A DNA stretch of 64,000 nucleotides. It comes from Mizuhopecten yessoensis. Taxonomy: Eukaryota. Below, one piece after another: positions 1-13,670 of the stretch. Location of the stretch: assembly GCF_002113885.1 (NCBI RefSeq), contig NW_018406002.1, positions 353,958-417,957 on the forward strand. Direction: 5' to 3'. A program made the translations under genes and the position numbers. The notes beneath the pieces were generated by a model. The model was not told the origin of the DNA. It ran no database searches and saw only the letters and a program-made list of their open reading frames with translations. Numbering within the stretch: position 1 is the first letter of the stretch; the number at the start of each line of letters is the position of its first letter.

Positions 1-1090
1 CCACCCCCCCACCCCCAACAAAAAGGGGGCTACTTGAATGATTACTTTTTGAGCTTCACTGTAGGATATCTAGAATATAGAATCTCAGACTCCTACATTT
101 CAGAGGAAATGACCTTGAGCCGAGACAAGTGTGCCTTATATAATACATTCTATATCAAACTTTTATTCCAAAAGCATTCTGAGGACAGAGGTCATACATT
201 CTTGATGTTGTAGTTAGATTTATTCAATTTAGATCTCCTGAAAGAATATTGTATATGTAAAAGTTGCGCCCTTTCAATATCTTTTGAGTACGGGCACTCT
301 TTATAAGTGCACTGAGAACTACATGTAATGAAGATATATTTCATGGTCAACTGATTTCCTGTTGTTTTAGCAGTCAATCCCCTAAGCGGGAGCGTTGATC
401 GTAAACTCGGGGGCGGATATCGACATGTTTCCCGTCTCATGAACAGGATTCATTTCCACAAATCAAACTCTAGCTGGCCGCTGAGGTCTCACCCCCGCGT
501 GACCCGATACAGCCGGGTATTGAACAAATATCCCGATTACTGCTACTTTGTATTCATACATCGCAGACTTAATGTTATAATCTAGGAAAGGGAGCGGAAC
601 AAAGGTGTTTGTTTGACTGTGTTTACGATCTATGTAATTCACGAAACAAAATGTCATGCTGTTGTGTCTACTAATGTCTACGATTCCTCTTGTTCCGATG
701 TAACGTGATATAGGAAGAGTTAACGAATGCCAGTCCTATTGTAACTCGTGGATGAGGCTAAACCAGAAGCTTGATTTTTAACATTTTTAGATAAAGGGTA
801 ATAACGATATTCCATTTGACTATCACCCACATTCACCATTTTACCACCCTTCCCCACACCCCAGTCTCCCGCGCCATTTATACCTCCGCCACTCTGTCAT
901 TCAATTCTCTAATCCATGTTAACTTCCACCGAAAATCCATGTGTATCCCTTCCCTCGCCCTTTCAACCCCTCGCCATCTCCAATACATTGCCCCTTCAAC
1001 CCGTTTCATCTGAATAATCGCCGAATTCATTTGCGCTATTGCACAGATTGTATCCACCTCACCCTCTCCCATATCACAACAAATTCGCTT

Positions 1091-3146
1091 CATCCCATGC
1101 CGTCCATATACCACCTGCCCTAAACCCATCATCCATACCATCCACACTAACTCGTCCCGTCCCATCAAGCGCCGTCCCTACACCACCTGCCCTAAACCCA
1201 TCATCCATACCATCCACACTAACTCGTCCCGCCCCATCAAGCGCCGTCCCTACACCACCTGCACTAGACCCATCCTCTAACTCATCCACACTAACTCGTC
1301 CCGTCCCGTCCCATCCAGCGCGGTCCCTACACCACCTGCCCTAAACACATCCTCCACACCATCCACACAAACTCGTCCCGTCCATCCCATGCCGTCCCTA
1401 CACCGCCTGCCCTAAACCCATCCTCCACACCATCCACACTAACTCGTCCCGTCCCATCCCGAGCCGTCCCTACACCACCTGCCCTAAACCCATCCTCCAC
1501 ACCATTCACACTAACTCGTCCCGTCCCATCTCAATGCTGCCCCTACACCACCTGCCCTAAACCCATCCCCCACACCATCCACACTAACTCGTCCCGTCCC
1601 ATCCCGAGCCGTCCCTACACCACCTGCCCTAAGCCCATCCTCCCCACCATTCACACTAACTCGTCCCGTCCCATCTCAATGCTGCCCCTACTCCACCTGC
1701 CCTAAACCCATCCCCCACACCATCCACACTAACTCGTCCCGTCCCGTCCCATCCCGCCCGGTCCCTACACCACCTGCCCTAAACACATCCTCCACACCAT
1801 CCACACTTACTCGTCCCGTCCCATCCCATGCCGCCCCTACCCCACCTTGCCCCTTAACCCATCCTCTACGCCATTCACCCTTACTCGTCCCGTCCCATCC
1901 CGAGCCGTCCCTACACCACCTGCCCTAACCCCATCCTCCACACCATCCACACTAACTCGTCCCGTCCCATCAAGCGCCGGCCCTACACCACCTGCCCTAA
2001 ACCCATCCTCCCCACCATTCACACTAACTCGTCCCGTCCCATCTCAATGCTGCCCCTACACCCCCTGCCCTAAACCCATCCCCCACCCCATTCACACTAA
2101 CTCGCCCCATCCCATCCCGAGCCGTCCCTACACCACCTGCCCTAAACCCATCATCCACACCATCCACACTAACTCGTCCCGTCCCGTCCCATCCAGCGCG
2201 GTCCCTACACCACCTGCCCTAAACCCATCCTCCACACCATCCACACTTAATCGTCCCGTCCCATCCCATGCCGCCCCTACACCACCTTGCCCCTTAACCC
2301 ATCCTCTACGCCATTCACACTTACTCGTCCCGTCCCATCCCGAGCCGTCCCTACACCACCTGCCCTAAACCCATCCTCCACACCATTCACACTAACTCGT
2401 CCCGTCCCATCTCAATGCTGCCCCTACACCACCTGCCCTAAACCCATCCCCCACACCATTCACACTAACTCGCCCCATCCCATCCCGAGCCGTCCCTACA
2501 CCACCTGCCCTAAACCTTTCCTCCACACCATTCACACTATCTCGCCCCATCCCATCCCGAGCCGCCCCTACACCACCTTGCCGCTTAACCCATCCTCCAC
2601 ACCATTCACACTAACTCGTCTCGTCCCATCCCGTGCCGTCCCTACACCACCTGCCCTAAACCCATCCTCCACACCATTCACACTAACTCGTCCCGTCCCA
2701 TCCAGCGCCGTCCCTACACCACCTGCCCTAAACCTATCCTCCACACCATTCCTACTAACTCGTCCCGTCCCATCCAGCGCCGTCCCTACACCACCGCCCT
2801 AAACCAATCCTCCACACCATTCACACTAACTCGCCCCATCCCATCCAGAGCCGTCCCTACACCACCTGCCCTAAACCTATCCTCCACACCATTCCTACTA
2901 GCTCGTCCCGTCCCATCCAACGCCGTCCCTACACCACCTGCCCTAAACCTATACTCCACACCATTCACACTAAATTGCCCCATCCCATCTCGAGCCGCCC
3001 CTACAGCACCTTGCCCCTTAACCCATCCTCTACACCATTCACACTAACTCGTTCCATCCCACCCCAAACCGTCCCTTCACCACCTTGCCCCTTAACCCAT
3101 CCTCTACACCATCCACACTACCTCGTCCCGTCCCATCCCGAGCCGT
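1091..3146. repeat. C-rich minisatellite, ~72-bp unit, ~28 copies, with a ~440-bp higher-order pattern
   Basis: Unit CCTAAACCCATCCTCCACACCATTCACACTAACTCGTCCCGTCCCATCCCGAGCCGTCCCTACACCACCTGC. The same variant block recurs at 1847 and 2287. Confidence 0.95.
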
Positions 3147-3547
3147 CTCTCTCTATATAAAATTCAAGAATACCATTGATACATCGTAACATGTATATTT
3201 CAATTCCCTTTGGAAAATCCAATTGAAAGCATTAAACTACAGCAGCTGATTTCTATCATATCGTCTTTTTTCCTTTCGATCTAAATGGCAACATTTAATA
3301 CTTCTTGATTTTCCTCCTTTCTTTCTTTTGCATATTCAAAAATGCAAAAGACGACAAAACGTTACGTTAAAGGACGAAAAGATTACCCCTCTAGTTAGCG
3401 AAGTTAATTATCGTCCTATCGCGAAAATAATATCTATATAAAGATAAAGGACGAGACACGATACTTTTAATTCTCGGATATTCTCGGGACGTCCCACGTG
3501 AACACAAATGATATGTGTCCGTATATGAAACATGGTTAACCAATCGG

Positions 3548-3850
3548 TTATCTCGAATACAGTATTGTCATTGTAATGTTTGGTATGTTACTATTTACTC
3601 CGATATCTCGACTAAATGAAGGAGCAGTAAACATATACTCGATTATCAGTATGTTTGGATATCTCGAATTCTCTGTTACAAATGTGGGTGTTGTTTATCT
3701 AAATATCTCGAATTCTGTTACTAATTTGATAGTTGTAGTTTATATATTTCGAATTCTATTACCGATCGAGTGTTTTTGTATACCCGAATTCGCTGTTATC
3801 GACTGAAATGTTGTTTTTGTATACGTCGAATTCTTTGTTACCTATTTGAG
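3548..3850. repeat. Degenerate ~40-bp tandem repeat with an ATATCTCGAATTC core
   Basis: Recurrent tatctcgaa/cgaattc motif at ~40-bp spacing. Confidence 0.6.
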
Positions 3851-6800
3851 TTTCATCCTTGATCGTATTTGCAATAACTATAGTTATGCTTTGTGTCTCA
3901 ATCCATGTACCAGTGGTCCAGATTGATAACCAAAACCCGGACTTGGCGAGGATCATCAGGGAAATGTTTCAAGGAAACTTTCGGAGTAATGATAACGTAG
4001 AATGAGTCACACAAAAGCAGTTACTAATCTTAAAATATTTAATTAGAAAAAGAAACAAGAGACATGTTTCTGGATCACAAACCATTCTAAAATACATTTA
4101 TCAGCATTTTTTCTTCTTTTCTAGTAGCGTAAATGTTGCGGGTTATATCACTATTTAATTAACACATTTCCAATCACATTTAAACAGAGTAGCTAATGCT
4201 CCCCTTGACAGTAATTTGAAACTGTGACCCCTTTGTCAGAATTTCAAATACGAAAAAATATTAAATTAAACAATTATATTAAATAACGTTACCATGAATT
4301 TGGAATTGGAGTAGGTTAATGGGATATGAGGATATGCAGAATAAACAATTTTTGTTTTAAACATATAAATAAATGTCTCTGATTTGAAAATGGAAAATGG
4401 TAAGTTATTCTTTGGATACTTTAAAACATACAGTAGTTTACATTTTTTCTTAAAAGCGCATTACGTTTTTTCCCAGTGTCAAGGAAATCGCGTAAAGAAA
4501 TCGAAATCTTCTTTTTAATGATAAAATTACTAGAGTCCAGATTAAAAAATCAAAGGCGCACGTGATCATGTAGACTTTGAGAGCTGTATTTAATTCCCCA
4601 AATCTAGTTAGGATTCCAAGTGGGAGACATCGAGTCTTAAAATCCTCTTGTATTTCTAACCTTATTTATTATTCAACACAATTCATTATAGCGGTTCATT
4701 CCAACAACTTTAACCTTATAAATAGTCTCTTTTACGCAGTCATCTTAACCAAATTAGACTCGTTAATTTGTCAGACTTTAACAGTATTCGGTAGTTTTTG
4801 GACAGTATCTTTGGTTTCACCTTCTAGAATTTGGCTACCGTAAACAACATTGTTGATTCTCTTAATCACCTTAAAATCAACGACTAACTATAACAACCAG
4901 AACATCTCGGTCGATCCTTAGAATTGTAGCCAACAGAGGTGGTCCGAACACTGTGACATCGGAAACACAAACATGAATAACCTTGGCCCCAATTCAGTAG
5001 CGGTTGACATTTAGCTTTTGTTTTGATCAAATACATGATCTTGATATAGAATAAATTAACGAAAAGAAATAACAAAGAACTCTTTTGGACTGAACTAGAG
5101 TCTCAACAATGGCGGTACACCGAGAGAGCTATAAGTCCAATTCAACGACAAATCGAATTGGCGCGTAACCATCTTAACCCAACGCTCTTCGTCCCCGCTA
5201 TATTCCTCAAGTCTTTTGACATTAACGATGTTTTGTGAATGCCCCCACATACGATAGATAGTTTACAACAAAGAGGTTCATAACTTGATATATTGCGCCA
5301 GTATTTCGCTAACTAGGGGAGTTCCTACAGCATCTCGTGCGGGAAAATTCAATCAAGTCGGACACACTGACATATATATCATAGTGATGGGACATCGAAT
5401 TCCTGCCGTGACTCAATAAAGCTCACGTACAACACCTGCGCCTTAGATTTTAAATTGAAATTTGATTTCAATAAATATTTTATAACTGTATAGAAGACAA
5501 TTGATGTTTGATTCTATTAATAACGGTGACTACTTCCTCCTCAGTCAAAAGGCGCCCACGTGTAAGGGGTATATAGAATGGGTTATAGTCAATTTGCCGG
5601 AACACCATCAAGACAGTATTGGTTCTGTGTACCAAATGCGTAGCGAATCTAAACCTTTAATGTACGCCATGCTTTTACGACTTAGCATTTGAGATACTTT
5701 ATGGATTACCCAGAGTGCACCTCAGTGGTTGGTTTATCCATTGATTAACAATTTAATTTCTTGCCCAATCCTTAAAAAATGCACCCGATGAATTAAAAAA
5801 AGTCTCTTGTATACATTGAAATAAATAAGATGTTTTGATGGGGTTGTTTTTACACCACCCATATATTTCCTAATTAACATAGCTACATTGTACATTATGT
5901 AAGAATAGCGTAATTGTGTTATTTTGTATGAAATAACGGGAACTCATCTTACTTCCTCTATTGTTTCCCTCCCTAAACTGGTTTGTACATACTTAGACCT
6001 ATATAAGGAGTTATCTATCTATGTTAGTCAATTAGCAGAGTGGTCGGAACATAGACAGAAGACTCGTTACAGCGCATATCACTTGAACGGACACTTGTCG
6101 TTATCTCGCCCCTGTGCTAGAGTGTACGGGCGTCTAAAGTAGGCATTAACGGCCTCTCCTCTAGGGAGAGAAATGTCCCACGTTTTAACAAATTGCTGCT
6201 AATGAAAGAAGTTATACAATACGATAAAAAAGTATATCAGCCCTTGTTAAAAAATTCGATTGACGACGTCTAATTAGGTGTTATATGTTTGTATGTAAAA
6301 TAAATGAAAGATAAAAATACATTTGGGTAGTTGGCAGGTTTCTTTAAAAGTATATATATTTATATAAAGTGACTGATATATCCACTGTTTATGATAGAGC
6401 TTCAAGCGATGATGCGCCAGTCCATTTGAGTCATAGCAAGTGGGCTTGTTCTTTTTCACAGTGAATACGGCGTTTTGATTGGTCTATTAAATAAGAAAAA
6501 AAACCCCGTTATTTTCATACTAGAATAATTATTCATTCTGTTTTCACACCAAAATATGATATTTCAACTGTTTCGTAATTATCCAAATATTTGTTTAATA
6601 TTGGGAAAGTAAGTAAGTAAAACATTAAGTTATTTGAATAGGATTATTGAAAACATCAATTCACTCCAAAGCAAAAACAGATTGATCTTTTTCTTTCTAA
6701 CACACGGTTCTTTTCATTTGGAAAATCATATTAGCAGACCTTTTACATTTATAATTTGAACTACAGCTGTATATAAGTCCCGAAGAGAGCACCATATTTC

Positions 6801-7147
6801 CGTTAAAGCCGATTTGCAGGTACCGAGAATCAAGGATAGTTCATATACGACCAGTACATACATGTATGTAGTTATAGGAAAGCGATCACAATCATCTCCA
6901 TGTTATATCGCAAGGACAAACCTCCAAGGGACAGGAAGGACAATGGGGACAGTAACGATATCATTCACCAATTGTAAGTGTAATTGTTTCTTTATGGCAA
7001 ACGATAGCATTTGGTTATTGGAAGAGGATCTCAGTTGTTTCCATGTTATATCTCAGGGAGTCATGATCAGTCCCCGGGGATAAGGTCGTACCCCAAGCCG
7101 GTCCTAATAGCATGAGTTTGTCCGTCTCTAAATGCCTTACAATCGCA

Positions 7148-8030
7148 GATATGGTATCAAACTTTTACTTTATTCACACATAATGTACTTATAAGACATA
7201 TCGCAACGTTTCAAGACCAACTGGTCTCTTGTTCAAGCTGTGACTAAGTGAGGGATTTGTGTTAGTTACCTGATAAGTACCCATGGAATGCAGCCCCAAA
7301 CTTTGGTAACGGTATATATGTAGGCGACATTCTAGAAATAGTAAAAACGCAGCATTGTATTGCCTAACAGATCACACGAACTGAGTGGACAAAACAAAAT
7401 TCATTTATTTACCCACGAGAAGGAAATGGACGGGTCCATACCATTGTTGGACACGCTCATCGTCCGCAAAGAAAACGGCACCATACAACTATTAATTATC
7501 GCAAACCGACACATGCCGATCAGTCTTTTGCCTTTAATTCACACCATCCACTACCACACTACACCAAAAGCTTGGTTCCGTACACTCCTTCATATGTGCA
7601 GCAACATCATCACAGAACAGGCCGATACAAGCACATAAAATACGCACTCAACTGCTGTGTATACCCCGACTGATCAATTAACAAAGTTTAAAAAGCGGTA
7701 AAAGAAAAGACAGATCATAAAAAAAACACAGTCTGATGAAAAGAGATGAGTGCTGGGTCAAAATTCCCTACGTGAAGAGGACGTCTGAGGCGTTTGCCCG
7801 GGTGACGAGGAAACACCAGTTCAGCATCCCGATGAGACCATTGACACCACCCAGACAGTGACTTTTACACTCCAAAGACAAGAATGATATTCTAGAAAAA
7901 CAGGATTTGTATGCAAAATTCCGTAGGAAAACTGGGAGGGAATTTGGTGCAAGACTTAAAGAACACTAAAAGGATGTAGAAAAAGGGAACAACACCAATT
8001 CTATCAGAAATATATGCAAAAAAGTACCAT
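7148..8030 (+). mobile_element. Decayed Penelope-like retroelement (Poseidon-like), RT thumb and GIY-YIG remnant, with a probable inverted pLTR at 7148-7250
   Basis: Broken-frame translation PKLW*RY/YVGDILEIVK (the YVDD site), FTHEKEMDGSIPLLDTLIVRKENG, IPYVKRTSEAFARV, LLHSKDK and TGREFGARLKEH. The minus strand at 7148-7240 reads cttgaacaagagacc-agtt-ggtcttgaaacgttg...aataaagtaaaagtttgatacc, resembling a PLE terminal repeat. Confidence 0.8.
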
Positions 8031-8132
8031 AAATATGATCGCATTCAATGTAAGTTAAGAATTGTGACATGGCTTAAACTCACCAATCCTATGGACCAGA
8101 TGAGTATACAGCATAAAGCAATGTAGAGACAT

Positions 8133-8397
8133 GGGCCCGTATTCATGAAACCGTTCACATGCTCAAACTCAGATTTTGTGCTAAAGCCAATTTCTCGATG
8201 CGCTGATAAATCTACACTATTTCACATTTTGAAAATGATATGGAAGAATTACCGGAGAGATTTGAAGAAGAATATCATTTTCAGAATTTACACCTGACCA
8301 TTTTATCATGTCATTTGATTTGAGCGAGTTACAAGAAAGTTGGTTTGAATACAAAATCCATGCTTGAGCATGAAAATGGTTTCATGAATACGGGCCC
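8133..8397. mobile_element. MITE with long imperfect TIRs (GGGCCCGTATTCATGAAAC), probably PIF/Harbinger-related
   Basis: gggcccgtattcatgaaacc at 8133 is inverted to ggtttcatgaatacgggccc ending at 8397. Complementarity continues imperfectly for ~60 bp. No ORF. Confidence 0.85.
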
Positions 8398-10809
8398 TGA
8401 ATTACTTTTGAGATATTTGAGTTTCGTGCATGTTCCTTTTCTATAACTGAGAAATAAGATAAAAAACTTTTAGTTAATCAGCCGTTTCCTCCATATTGCG
8501 AAAATTTGAATCCCCGTGATATGCGTTTTTTCTCTCTCGTAATTTCCTGATTATGGAGAACAGAACAAGTAGACCGGAAGTGAATTTTGAATTCTGTGAA
8601 ATACCCTTTCTTGTGCGAGCATTTTTTTTTCTTTTACGTTAATAAGAGTTGTATGCTTGTCCTTTTCCATTCATTGCAAGCAAAACAAAATGCCAAAACG
8701 ACAGTTTTATACATTGATCTGTATCACCCTACCAATGTACCCCATGTGGTGATTTGTTTTCTCTCGGCGGTCTGACGTAGTTGTGAAGCCTGTAACGGTT
8801 GACATTGATGTACAAAATCTTCGTATTTTATCTGTGTTTCTTTGACGTCAATCTTTGTATATATGGATGCTTGTCTCGTTGGCCGCCATCTTCCCGTTGC
8901 CAAGGTCAGAGTTACATAGATTAGGTTATAGTTATATATAAGGTGCACCCGATTAATAGTTATTACTTCAATAGAGTATATCTATCTTTTCCATCACATT
9001 GTGCAAGCGAATCTCAAACAAAAAAACTCGCACTGAAACATGTCTCCAATATATATATCGAAACCGGAACTGTTTGTCTTTGGTATGCAAATCCGATCTA
9101 GCTGTCAAAGATGAAAATGTATTTTTGTGTGTTTCCGGTAAACACTGGCTGTCGGAAAGGCCCGAGTGACGTGGTTTCCTTCAGCAAAACAGATACAAAT
9201 GATATCAAGTTATGAAATTGACATCTGCCATATTTGCTATCCCCTGGAAGACAGAAGTAGGAACAAACTGTTAACTTCCGCTGGTGTTGTAAATTATTTA
9301 TTCGCTGCCACGGCATTTGATTTTTAAGTTGTGACTATTTTGTTACTTCCGTCGTTGTTTGATGTTCATTTATGAAGCATGTCTGTCAGACCGTTGTTTT
9401 TCAGATAGCAAAGGTTACAGCAAAAGATATTTAGAATAACGACTTTCTTTATTAATGAATCTGAGAAAGTTTCAATAATCTAGAAAAAGGTCTTTGTTTT
9501 TTTTATCATAAAATATGGAATACAGTTTCTTACACCAAATAAACGGAAGTTGCCCTCCTGTCGGCATATCTGTGAGAAATTAACATTGCTCCTCGAAAAT
9601 TGTATAGCTGATGAAAAGTTTGTGAATCGCTTTTGCCACTTCCTCCTATATTTGAACAAAATATTTGTTTGAGGACTTTGCAAAAGATTCTGTTCACAAA
9701 CAAAACATACTAATGGTATCGGATAGAGTATGATGCTTCAGTTAACATATGATACATCTAAAAATGTTCCGAACGAACGCAGCGCAGCGCGTGAGAGCAA
9801 CCTGCAATTAGCACCAAGCTGCCAAGGTCATGTTATATATGGTATCGTAGGTATACCTTGATCTAGTCAGAAACAGTTATCAGAGTTACAATTATAGTTA
9901 ACGCTCTCTGGCTATTCACCTGGTTCATTCATTTATAGCGTGTCGTATTTCGACCTTATAGCAAAATGAGTAAGTCACTGTAACCCGGTAGCATATTGAT
10001 ATGTGTTTATCACGATGTACTAATGTGTTCGCGGAAAACGCTTGAAACGTTTCATTCTAATACACAATTATGATTAATTAATGGTGTGTATACCGCCATA
10101 TCACGTGTAATTCCGTTGACCTTGAAATTTCGTTTTATCTGATGGCAACTCATTACCGGTGTTAACGAACAGATACTGGCTTACTTGTGCTTTATTTACG
10201 GTCTCTTGGAAACTGACATGTGTGACGCGGCCTCGAGGTGTACGAATATTGACCCATATACCTCACATCACTCAAATTCATTCATAACAGACAAAAAAGG
10301 AACCAAAATTATACGTTTTTATCACACAATAAAACAAAGACGGAACTACACTTTGCCTCAGTTTTGTATCGTGTGGAAGGGGAGATGTTTTATACATATG
10401 TCATTAAAAGGCTTTGGAACCTACCAATCCATGGTCAGTGCAATTTTCTCTGATCACAATTAATGCTAAGTTGTATATTATCTTCCAATCCATTTTCATC
10501 TTCATTCCGTTTCATAATAGCATCGTCTAATCGAAGGCGTGCCAAGTAAGAATCATTATGTAGGCATTTGATGATGAGCCCNCTTGAATATCAAATTGGA
10601 ATGATTAGCTATCGAAATTAATAAATAGGATTATCATGAAATATGTGTACACACATTTAGGAAATGTACACAAGAAACGTCTACAGTGCCGTGAAATGTG
10701 ACACCCGAAATTTGCGTAGTTGTTCTACAATCCTATGTATTACCTTTGTTAATGATATGCAACCATTATGATATTTCGCATGACTTAATTTGTTGTCTTT
10801 CTTCCCCAG

Positions 10810-11182
10810 ACAACATCTGTGTCGGTCTCAGTCCTCACACTGAGTGCTATATCGGTGGAGAGGTACTTCGCCATTTGTCAACCTCTCAAGGTCCGGCTAA
10901 CCACCAGGACGATTATCAAGATCATTGTGGCGATATGGATAGCAGGAATGGCGGCGTCTGTACCGGAAGTACTATTCAATAGGCTATGGGAATCAGTTCC
11001 GGGTCAGGTCACGAAATACCTTGTTCACTGTAGAAAGGACTGGTCGCTTGTCTACGACAACAATTACCAGTTATTTATTCTGGTGGCGCTCTACTCCATT
11101 CCTATATGTCTCATGGCCTTCACGTATTCCGTGATTTCCCGCCAATTATGGAAGAACGATATTCCTGGAACAGCCGAAACTA
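10810..11182 (+). CDS. Orexin/allatotropin receptor-like class A GPCR, internal coding exon (TM3-TM5)
   Basis: Acceptor cttccccag at 10801-10809 and donor gtaagt at 11183 (phase 1). Translation TTSVSVSVLTLSAISVERYFAICQPL...IWI...SVPE...HCRKDW...YQLFILVALYSIPICLMAFTYSVISRQLWKNDIPG. The SVSVSVLTL-x-ISVERY-x-IC-x-PL and LW-x3-IPG motifs are typical of orexin/allatotropin receptors. Confidence 0.92.
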
Positions 11183-13670
11183 GTAAGTAGCATTTGTTTC
11201 CACCTTCACCACCATATTTGTATTTCAGTCTACGGATATTGCTTTCAGACCGTTCGACTGTTAGGCAACCTTTTACGGATAATTGCGAATGATCAGAAAT
11301 ATGATTAGACCCCTTAAACGGTTAATTAGGTCTCGAAGATCGTCGAGACATTGGAAAACAATTTAGCGTTTCGTTAACGTGTGAGCTGACTTTGATTACA
11401 GGACTCGATCAACAATTAACACTTTATTATTATCCCCGCAAGAGTTCAACTCTCTGAAGTGAAATTCAAGTGTTCTTTCATTATTAAGAATTTAACAGGC
11501 TTCATATGTAACAAAGCTTGATACTTCTAAAAGCTTTGTGTCACAATTATTTTACTGAAGTTACACGACGTTCAACATGATCCGATCATGTCAAAAAATA
11601 CTTCATTTTGTATATCACAGTTATAATAGACCGACTGTATATAGGTTACAGAATTTTGTAATTTCGATTTTATTCTGCTATAATGGTCTTAAATGATCAC
11701 TAATCAGATATTGTAATTTACACTTTCCGAGGATAAAGCAGGAGAGGAAATACCAAGAGTAAAGTTTAGGCAAAGTAATACCAAAGGACAAGCCACGGTT
11801 TGATGGACATACGAACATTCTCTGATTCTCATTCCCCGTCTCAGTCCTATCCTCTACTCAGTCCTATCCTCTACTCAAGTCACCAATATGGTCCTTTTCC
11901 ATTCCCCTCCTTCTCTTTAAACCCATTCATCACTTTCTGAGAACCTCTCGAACCCATTGTCCCCATGACGACCCTCCTATTGACAAATCCCCAACCCCTC
12001 TGACCTATAAAAGTATTTCACCTTATTATTCCGATAGCCCTCTCGAAAATGTTCTTTCTGAAAAACACCCTTCAACCCATCTCTGCAACTCCGTTGCATC
12101 TCGCTCTGCCTCAACATCCATTTTCCCAGCCTTCTCTACAAATCTATTTAATTCCTTCATCGAACTGACCTCACCCCTCACCTCTTTCCCTCTTTGAAAC
12201 TCTTTACGGTTTTGCTAAAGTCTTTGGTATCTTCATTTGAAGACGTCCTAAAATTCCACCTTTAGACTTAAATCTTCAGCCACACTAAGTGTATTTTACT
12301 TCCAAATAAAATGCAAGTAATAATATTACATTAGACATGGAGTCCTTTGCCACTAATTAAAGGGTAGATAAAATGTATACGCTCTTTGATGATGAGGTCA
12401 CTTTTAAAGACTTTTGATTTCGAACGGTTCAATGTCCAAGAGTTTTTTCTAATGGAGTCTACATATATTTATGATCAAGTTTAGAACATTACCTCTGAAA
12501 TGCTGGCTATGTCTGACAACTCACAGGCTATGTTTGGACACTGAGTAGGTGTATTGGAATTCTTATAACATGACGCTGTCTTAAAAGCTTCTAGACGACG
12601 GCCGAAACAGTTCCTGTATTTACTATCAGTAGATCTCTTAATTGATTTGACAATAAATCAATAATGTGTACCGCGGCAATCATATATTGATCTGTTTTAA
12701 AAAGTGGGACAAATCTGTACCGTTACAGTTGTTAATAATAATACGTATTATATTCATATCAATCCCTATCCAAGCTCTTTCCCACAAATACTTAATTATT
12801 GTTACTTAATAAGCAAAGCTGAAGTAAACAAGCACCAGAATAACGTGTTTTGGAGTTAAACTGTATCCGGCAAATGCAAAAACATGGAAATAAATTTCCG
12901 GAAAATTCCAAAAATAAATACGTTTACGTGTTTGGTCGTTATATATCACTTAAGAAAATGGAAAATGTCAAAATGGCATGACTTGCGTTCAAAAAGTAGT
13001 GAAGGCTAGGATTTCGAAAGATTTGTTAACACATGGAAACCAGCATCTGCCAAATAATATTTATTTTGTTTGGATTTTTTTTCAATTTTAAAACCTACAC
13101 ATTTTCCACATTTTTGCGTGTTTTTTTTCTATAATTCTGAATTTTATATCAGTGGGTTGTAGCTGAAGTGTTATATTTGTACTACATTGTACATTAAGTA
13201 AAAACTAAATAAAAAATAAAATAGATAAAAGGAGTTGTTGTTAGATCAAAACCGTTTTGACATTTAGCACGTAGAAGATTAATACTTCACATTTTCATAT
13301 CAGTCTGTCGTATTACGAATAGTTAGAAACCAACTCACTCCTGAAAATAATTATCCGAGAACTCTTACGTCAGAAGTAGCGTGTGCAATACCCATGGTTT
13401 GTTTTGACGTAGGAGTTTGAGAGATTATCAGTTTAAGTCTCCATTTAGCAGCGTTTACATTTAATCTAGTTAATTATCAATGCAGCCTATCCTTTGACTT
13501 GTTTTCTGTGGCTCACATTTGTCAGGTCTGCCGGAAAACATGTTCGGTTTGAAAATGTATGCACGTCACGCTCATAATGAATTTGTTTTATTCAGATACT
13601 TTAAACGCATTAGATTGACTGGTGTAGTGTTGAGAGGTCATTAAACCAATCACGTCATGGGATTGAGAAT

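Noticed and set aside
1039-3160. Mucin/extensin-like Pro/Thr/Ser-rich CDS
   Set aside because: The ORFs come from a 72-bp C-rich satellite that is open in several frames and frameshifts often. No splice signals were found.
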